DNA from: Jimgerdemannia flammicorona
Lineage: Eukaryota
Length of the DNA: 44,879 nt
NCBI GenBank assembly: GCA_003990765.1
Contig: RBNJ01000065.1
Location: 1 to 44,879 of the forward strand
Direction of reading: 5' to 3'
The translations under genes and the position numbers were made by a program. The notes under the pieces were generated by a model that saw only the letters and a program-made list of their open reading frames with translations, searched no databases and was not told where the DNA came from. This document shows, piece by piece, positions 37,510 through 44,879 of this stretch (the first letter of the stretch is position 1; every line of letters begins with the position of its first letter).

Positions 37510-38986
37510 TATAATGTACCTGGCTCAATGGAGGCAAATTACAAGGTTGAGGGTTGATGTAGTTTGGCTTGAGCCCCCAGTTACTTTGTCAAAAGCTACA
37601 AAATGTTCTAAGATTCCTGAGGTCCTTGGTGTTTAGTAGTATAATAGTCAAAGGCTAGATATTTGCGAGCAATTTCCTTATTGGAATAGTTCTCTGGGTG
37701 TAGTGGTGATTTGTGTGGGAATGAGTTTCCTTCTTAGGTCAACTGGGAATAGTAGAGTTTGTGTATAGTGTGATGATCTTGTGCATGATGGTCTTGTGTA
37801 TGATGGTCTGATAATTTAGCAGTTCTCCTTCTTGAGTGGTGGGCAATTTCTGTATAGCATGATGATCTCCAAGAGTATGCGATTTCTGGGTGATGATCTT
37901 GGTGGTATTCCTTATGTGGTTTTGGCAAGTAACTTGATTTAGCTCACTGGTTATATGGTGTGGATTCTTCTTCTGGGAATTATACTGGCGGCGGGTATCT
38001 TAATAACTCGGGCTCACTGGGAATACAGATAATTGAAAACAGCAGATGATGCAGATTTGGCTTCAACTGGGAATACTACTCAGATGACATAGATAACTCA
38101 GATATTGCAGATTCTTCCTGAATTGGCAGGCTTCTGGGAAATAACTCAGATGACATGGATAACTCAGATAACTCAGATAACTCAGATAACTCAGATGTCG
38201 CAGATTCTTGGCAAGTTACATCAAAGACTGGCTTTGTTTGCATAGGGTTATATCGTAGACTGGTTCCATTATGAAGTTGCATCAGAAAGACTGGCTTGTG
38301 GCAAGAATGGCAGTGAAAACTTGAGTTCTTCAAAAAGTAGCGAAGTTCTTCTTTGAACTTTGGCAACAAATCTTCAGGCTTAGTCTGGTAAGTATACTAA
38401 TCAATCTTTGTATCAGAAAGTGGACTGGAGTGGAATAAGGGGACCAATGCTCAATCTTTAGAGGCTTCTTTGGTTTGTACTTCAATTCAGACTTATTCTT
38501 TGTATTGGAAAGTGGACCAGAGTGGAAGAGAAGAGAACTAAGCTTACAACTTCTTGGCAGTGACTTGTTGGCAGGTGTATCTCCTAAGTATTGCAATCCT
38601 TCCTGGATCAAGTGGCTTTTGGCAAGTGTTTCTCCTAAGTATACCAGACAATTGACTTTTGCTTTGGTTTGTATTCAACTTTTGGACTGAGGTTTATTCA
38701 CTCTTATCTCTGAGGTAATTTATACAAGTTGGTTGCTATCTGGTTGCTATATGGCTAACTATAGATTTGCTATCTATAGCAAGTTGTACAGGTCTAGCAC
38801 AAGTGTGCAGATCTGGTACAGGTGTACAGGTCCTGCACAGATATACCTTATCTGGTAGTCTGGCTATTTATACAGTTTCCACAGCAATGATTGCTGGTTA
38901 CTATGCTGTGTATTTACGTCATCTGGCTAATTGTTCATGTCATCTGCATAAGGTATAATTCAGGTGTTACATCCTGATTTGTCACA
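37510..38986 (-). repeat. Gypsy-2 5' LTR (1477 bp)
   Basis: Direct repeat of 26429-27878; minus-strand CTTGTATAAA at 38719-38728 and GTGAATAAACCTCAG at 38687-38701. Confidence 0.93.
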
Positions 38987-40428
38987 GTATATAAGATAAA
39001 GTACAATATCAAAGGTGACATAGAGCAGTATAAAGCTCATTTCATTACCAAGAGTTATTCACAAGATTATAGTATTGATTATGATAAAATATTCTCACTA
39101 GTGTTCAAGCTTACTTTGCTTAGAATACTCCTTATGATTGGTATACTATATAATCTAGAAATCCATTAAATAGATATTAAGACAGTTTTTCTAAATGGTA
39201 ATATAGATACTAAACTATATGTTCATTAACCACAAGAATATGAATTATATGACAGTCAGAACAGTAAGCTTATATATAGATTATATAAAGAATTATACAG
39301 CATTAAGTAAGCAGTATGCCTATAGAATAAAAGGATTAATAAACATCTCCTTAACAATAGATTTAAGTATTGTGAAGTAGATAATTATATATATATCTAA
39401 TATTATGATGATGACATAGTATTTATTAGTATATAGGTTAATGATATCATCAAGCTAGCAAGAATAGACTTAATGAAGTAAAGAAAACTCTATGTCAAGA
39501 ATTCAAGATGACTAACATAGGTAATATATCCTTTCTTTTGGGGATATTGATTATATGTAATAGGAATATATATACTATATATCTCTCATAAGTAATATAT
39601 ATCAAAGCCATCTTTGAATACTTCAATATAAGTAAATATAAGCTGGTCAGCACTCCTATGGATACTTCTGTAAAGTTAAGAAGACTAAATACTATATTCA
39701 AGGATGATGATAATAAGAACAGTACCAATAGTATTCCCTATAGACAAGTGGTCAGTTATTTCATATATCTTATACTAGGAATAATGTCTGATATATTATA
39801 TACTATGAATAAGATGGTATAATATTCCTCATATTATAACAATTTACATTAGATAGTAATTAAGAGGATACTCAGATACTTAAAGAGATCAGTATACTAT
39901 ATACTCATATTGAATAGTAGTAATATTGGATTAAGTAGAAGCAATAGTATCTAGCTATCTGGTGCTTATGATGCTGATTGGGGTAGAGACTTAGATGACT
40001 GTCAATCTACAACTGGGTACTTCTTCTACATTAGTGACCAAAGATCTATTATTTCATAGCAAATATATAAGTAATCCTCTATTACAATATCATCTATATA
40101 AGCCAAATATCAGGCATTATCATTGGCAACAAAGAAAGTCATTTGGCTCTATAAACTATTGAAGAAGTTTAGCTTCACTCAGGAATAGAACCCTATACTA
40201 ATTAAGTAGGATAATCAATCAATAATAGTGCTTGTCAAGAATTTAGTATACTATAGTAGAATAAAACATATTAATATACAGTATTATTTTATTTATAAAT
40301 ATATAGAAAATAGTGCTATATATCTGGAATATATCCCCATAAAGTATATAATTGCAGATTTACTTACTAAAGCCCTTCCAAAGCTAAAGTTTGAGCAGTG
40401 TACTAAAGAAATGAGTCTTTCCAGTTAA
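38987..40428 (+). mobile_element. Ty1/Copia remnant, part 3: RT and RNase H
   Basis: YKAHFITKSYSQ..IDYDKIFS (from YKARLVA.G..Q..GIDY.ETF.P), IDIKTVFLNG, PYRQVV, DADWGRDLDD..STTGY, KHINIQYYFI, IADLLTKAL. Confidence 0.88.
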
Positions 40429-40563
40429 TCATAGAATTTATACTATATATATATTGGTTGCATTCCTCACCTACAAGTGGATAATATTACAGTATATTTT
40501 TGCAAATATTTTGGGTATTTTGGAATACTTTTTAACTGGTAAAAATTTCTTAAATATAGGATT

Positions 40564-40568
<5 letters not shown>

Positions 40569-40607
<39 letters not shown>
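40569..40607. repeat. Uninterrupted T39 homopolymer
   Basis: Directly visible. Confidence 0.95.
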
Positions 40608-40608
<1 letters not shown>

Positions 40609-40624
40609 GTATTTTGAGTTACAT

Positions 40625-43375
40625 AAATACTTATACTAGGACCTCTAGATAGTGTAGTTAGTAGTGGTAAATATCTTATAGTAAAGAAAGAGGTGGCCAG
40701 AAGGCTGATTATTATTATTATCAAGGAGTATAATGAGATGATTGATATTGGGTTCTGGGTTTGGAAAGGTACAGAGTTCAGGACTAGAGATATAGATATC
40801 AGAGTGAGGCTGGTAAGCAAGGAAAATACTGGAAAAAGAAGAGATTGACTGGTGGCACTTAAGTAGAGACTAGTGGAGTATAAGGTCTTAAGGATTAAAG
40901 AGATGCCAGAGGAGGAGGAGGACTTACTGAAGATATTGAAGGACTTGGCTAGAGTAGTAGAGAAGAGAAGACTGATCTGGAAGGAGTTTGAGGCTAAGAT
41001 AGTAGTAGAAATTATGAATGGCAAGAGAGTGTCACTGGATCAGACTATCTGAGAGAGAGTGCAAGAGAGATAGCTTCAGAAAGACCTATTAGTGAGTCTG
41101 GGAGAGAGAGCAGAGAGAAAGAATACCACAGATAAAGTTAGATTAAGAGCTAGTACTTGGGCAGGAGAGAAGGGAGTGGCTTCTACAGTAATTCTGGAGG
41201 AGAAGGGTAGCTTCAGGCAGAGTACAGTAACTGAGGATAAGGTGATGGCAGAGGAGACTCAAGTGTAGTATGGTATATCTATAGGAGGGGGGAAAACTGA
41301 TAAGCTGCAGGATGTACTGAAGGAGAACTGGGATAAATCAGTAAGAGCAGATGTTGAGGGAGGTCAGGGGGTTGGGAGACAGGAGATGGTCCTAGGTATT
41401 AATGAGACTATAGGAGATGAGAGATAGTTGTGGAAGATATTAATAAATATTACAGCTAACAAGCTTAGTGAGGTGGATTTTCATATAATTAGTGAGAGGT
41501 ACTGAGGTAAAGTCCTATGAGAAGAAGAAGTAGTATGGAAGCTTTGAGATAAGCTGGTTAAAGGTGAAGGAGTATAAGATGGATAATAATAGAGAGGCAG
41601 TACTTCTGATAATTACAAATAAATATGTAACCTATCTATAAAGCCCTCAAAAGGGGTTGACAAAGTAGTAGATAGTGTATAAGGAGTACTAGTCTAATAT
41701 AGAAGCAGTAGATAGTGAGGACTATCAGAAGATCTTGGAAGCATTGAATACTTAATAGAGAAAGGCAGATGAGCTTGAGGCAGAGAGAAATCTGGATATT
41801 ACTAGTGATATAGTAAATATGGAATTATAGAGTGAGTGAATTTTCTCCAAATATTATTCAATACAAATAGTACAACTAGAATCTTCTCTTTGAATATCAA
41901 TGGATTAAGGAGTATAATAAGGTATCAGAATATCTTCAGCTGGTTGAAAAGGCTAGATGTAGATCTATTCTTACTATAGGATATGAGATATAATAAAGAC
42001 TTAGATATGATAGACTGGATGAGAGAATAGAGAGATGTGGCTGTTTGGTAGAGCTATAGATATTCTGATTCAGAAGGGTAAGGGGGATATTGGAGACATT
42101 AGACATTGGGGGGGCAGAGTGGTATGAAGAGTGTAGAGGTGGCTGGGCTGGAGCCTCTTGACTGTTGGGTCCTATTATTGCTCAGTGAAAAGGGGGGAGT
42201 GTGTGGAGTAGATAAGAGGACTACAAGAAGTAGGTGCTATAGTAGTGAAAGAGATTGACTATCTGGGAGAAGACTTTAACATAATATGAGATAGATAGTT
42301 AGATAAGTCCAATGAAGAGAGAGAGATGACTAATAGGAGTAGAGGTATAGAAGACTAAGAGGAGATTGAAAGACTGAGCTTACTGATAGATACCAAGTAT
42401 CTTGAGTAAGGAGACTGTAGGGTCTATACTTACTAGGTAATAGGGCTGGGTTTGAGGATTGACTGGGTCTTGACTGCTGAGTACTGGAGTGCAGATATTT
42501 GAGATTCATTAGAGATAATTTGATATCTATGGTCAGATTACTGAGGCTTAATAAGTTGTGAAAAATTCAGAAGAAGTGGGGAAGCTATTAGAGAAGTGGG
42601 CTAATTTGTTGAATAACAGAGAGGAGGGAGACTGGAGGATTCAGTGGGTCCAGCTAGAGGTAGAGGAACTGAAGGAATTGCTAAAACAGGAGGAGGAATT
42701 AAAGATGAAGAGTATAGCTGCCCAGCTATAGTGATAGGACTTGAAAGAGGAGGAGAGGTCTATGAAGTTCTTGTCAAGGCTGCTTTAGGTGAGGAGAGTG
42801 AGACAGCAGTAAGAAGGAGTATTGAATGAGATAGAAGAGATGGTTGGAATTTCAGAGATCTTGAATCAGTTGAATTCCCAATGGATGTAATTATAGAGTA
42901 TGAAGGAGAGTGGGGAGGATGTACTGGACAATAAATAGCATCTGGAGGACTGGTATCCAGACCCAGCAGAAGACTTAGGTGAACTTGGAGTATTCATCTG
43001 AGAAGAGGAGATCTATAGGGTACTGGTGACAATGAGTTTTGAGATAGTCTCTGGAGAGGATGGTCTATCTTGAGATTTCTGGAAGAGAATAGCAGGTGTG
43101 GAATTGGTTTTGGAGGATATAGTATAGATGTGTGATGAAGTCATTAGCTCAGGGGCTTGAATTGATAGGTAGTATCTGGGGCTGGTAGCTCTGCTATATA
43201 AGACCTAAGAGAAAAGAGATAATTGAAAGAACTGGAGACCAATCATACTTCTAAATATAGATTGTAAGTTGGTTATAAAGATATTGATAGCTAGGTTATA
43301 AAGGATAGCTCAGCAGATATTGGGAGTTAAGCAGAGAGGCTTTATCAGAGATTATTTGATAAGAGATAGAACAGC
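40625..43375 (+). mobile_element. LINE-C, internal fragment of the LINE-A family (ORF1 C-terminal part, APE, start of RT)
   Basis: IDIGFWVWKGTEFRT; FSLNINGL near 41885; GEDFNI; SGEDGL; NWRPIILLNIDCKLVIKIL near 43230. Similar to the reverse complement of ~9050-12160. Ends approximate. Confidence 0.8.
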
Positions 43376-43439
43376 ATGAGTATATGGTATTATATCTTTC
43401 TCTAGTATAATTTAGGTTATACAAACTTCTGATAATATT

Positions 43440-44582
43440 TTTAATATTATTTTTAAAGAAAAGGTAATAATAATATAGCAACTAATGAACATTCTGAGGA
43501 GTATGTAGGGCAGAGTGACCCCAGTGCATTCAACTAACAGTATATAGAGAGGAGTTATGGATTGGGAGGGAGCCTGCTGGGCACTCTTACTGGTAGATGA
43601 GGAGGTAAATGAGGGGGGATCAGTAGGCAGGGGTCTGAGAGAATGAGATTTGCTGATAAGATTAAGGCAGGGCATCTGGTGACTAGACTAGAGAGCTGGC
43701 TACAGAAGGGCAAGAAGAAGGAAGAGACTGTAGGGTCTGGCAGAGGGGCTCATGGTGGCAGTAGTGGTAGGGGCTAAGAGAGTAAAGGCTGAGAGAGTGG
43801 GACTATTAATAGAGGGGAGACTACTAATCTGGAAAAAAATTCAGATATAATGACTGATGGTAGGGCTGGGCTAGGAGAAGGCATGAGGCCTGGGGATCTG
43901 GCTAATAGTATAATGGATTTGGTGGTAGTATTGTTACTCAAGAAGTTGGTATCTGAATTTACCATTACTTTGTACTTCTGAGGCTTAGCAGTTATAGCAA
44001 AAATTGTTTTAGGTCTTCTGACTCAAGAGGTGAAAGGAGTGGCTTTGATGAAGTTCTTAAAGAGACTGGAAGGAGTAGAGATGGGCTTTGAGAAAGAGGA
44101 GTTGATATTGTGAGTATTGGAGAAAGAAGTAGTAGTGGAAGGAGTAGTGATTCCTATAGCTTGGTATCTATACTGAGACCCTAAGGTGGTGCAGCTGGTG
44201 GTGGTAAATGTACTTACAGTAAAGAAGAAAGTGATCAGGGGGCTGATTGTAGATACTATTAAGGAGTATAGTGATGTGGTAGATATTGGTTTCTGAGTCT
44301 GAGAAGGGACTGAGTTCTGGACTAGTAATATAGATATCCAGATTAGACTGATAGATAAGAAAAATACTCAGAAAGAATGAAATTGACCAGTGGTGACCAG
44401 TGAAGTATAAGGTCTTGAGGGTGAAGGGGATATCAGAAGAGAAGAACTTGCTGAAGATACTGGAGAATCTGACTAGAGCTATAGAGAAGAGAAGGTTGGT
44501 CTAGAGGGAGTTTGAGGCTAGAATGATAGTTAAAATAGTAAATGGTAGGAGAGTACAACTGGATAAGCTATATGGGAGAGAG
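43440..44582 (+). mobile_element. LINE-D, 5'/ORF1 fragment of the LINE-A family, cut by the DNA transposon at 44583
   Basis: Similar to the reverse complement of ~11750-12885 (LYF*GLAVIAK, MKFLKRLEGVEMGFE) and to 40630-41060. Confidence 0.78.
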
Positions 44583-44879
44583 TAGTGCTCCGAACGAATG
44601 GAGTTGATCCGGATGAGATTCGATTCAGATTCGTCATGTGATGGATTCGAATCAACTCGGATTGGTCTCGTGATCTGATCCGGATTGATCCGGATTGATC
44701 CGGATTGATCCGGATTGATCCGGATTGATCCATCCGGATTGATCCATCCGGATTGATCCATCCGGATGATCCATCCGGATGATCCATCCGGATGATCCAT
44801 CCGGATTGACCCATCCGGATTGATCCATTCGGATTGAAATCTTTGGTGACGTCACCCTTTCTTTTGTTCATTTCGCTCT
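44583..44879. mobile_element. End of a young DNA transposon, probably hAT-like, with subterminal repeats
   Basis: Abrupt end of LINE homology at TAGTGCTCCGAACG ((C/T)AGTG start typical of hAT TIRs); GATCCGGATT x5 then GATCCATCCGGAT(T) x8 at 44677-44835; CpGs intact. The other end and the TSD lie outside the window. Confidence 0.55.

Larger units (their letters stand above)
26429..38986 (-). mobile_element. Gypsy-2, complete Ty3/Gypsy LTR retrotransposon with dUTPase and long LTRs, containing a nested solo LTR
   Basis: LTR pair 26429-27878 and 37510-38986; 4-bp TSD GTAT (26425-26428 and 38987-38990); gag-PR-dUTPase-RT-RH-IN on the minus strand; inserted in the Copia RT. Confidence 0.95.

Noticed and set aside
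40429-40570. Copia 3' LTR paired with a 5' LTR near 16510-16700
   Set aside because: I could not find a convincing direct-repeat pair, PPT or TSD, so the Copia boundaries are left undefined.
44677-44835. Palindromic repeats as a CRISPR array, telomere or repeat protein (ORFs 44501-44871)
   Set aside because: Units are contiguous with no unique spacers, unique sequence follows them, and the ORFs arise only because the repeat lacks stops.

Overview
Eukaryotic, probably fungal, transposable-element graveyard. I see no intact host gene, RNA gene or CRISPR array. Left to right: (1) a decayed L1/Tx1-type LINE (LINE-A, minus strand, 1..~12890) interrupted by a 2.09-kb solo LTR (228-2314, TSD CTTTA) and by a full-length related LINE (LINE-B, 2416-8230, poly(A) tail, 15-bp TSD); (2) a tandem array, a decayed PIF/Harbinger transposase and a ~60-bp repeat tract; (3) an old, heavily mutated Ty1/Copia split by two complete Ty3/Gypsy elements (Gypsy-1, + strand, 18795-25505, TSD CTAT; Gypsy-2, minus strand, 26429-38986, TSD GTAT), the second carrying another copy of the 2-kb solo LTR in its gag; (4) two plus-strand LINE fragments; (5) the CpG-intact end of a young, probably hAT-like DNA transposon. 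Both Gypsies encode a dUTPase and a CxH..CxxC module between protease and RT. Main observation: three different LTR-element families carry what looks like the same uncharacterised accessory protein. It lies just after integrase in both Gypsies and entirely inside the LTR of the third family, so solo LTRs keep it. All translations and alignments were done by hand.
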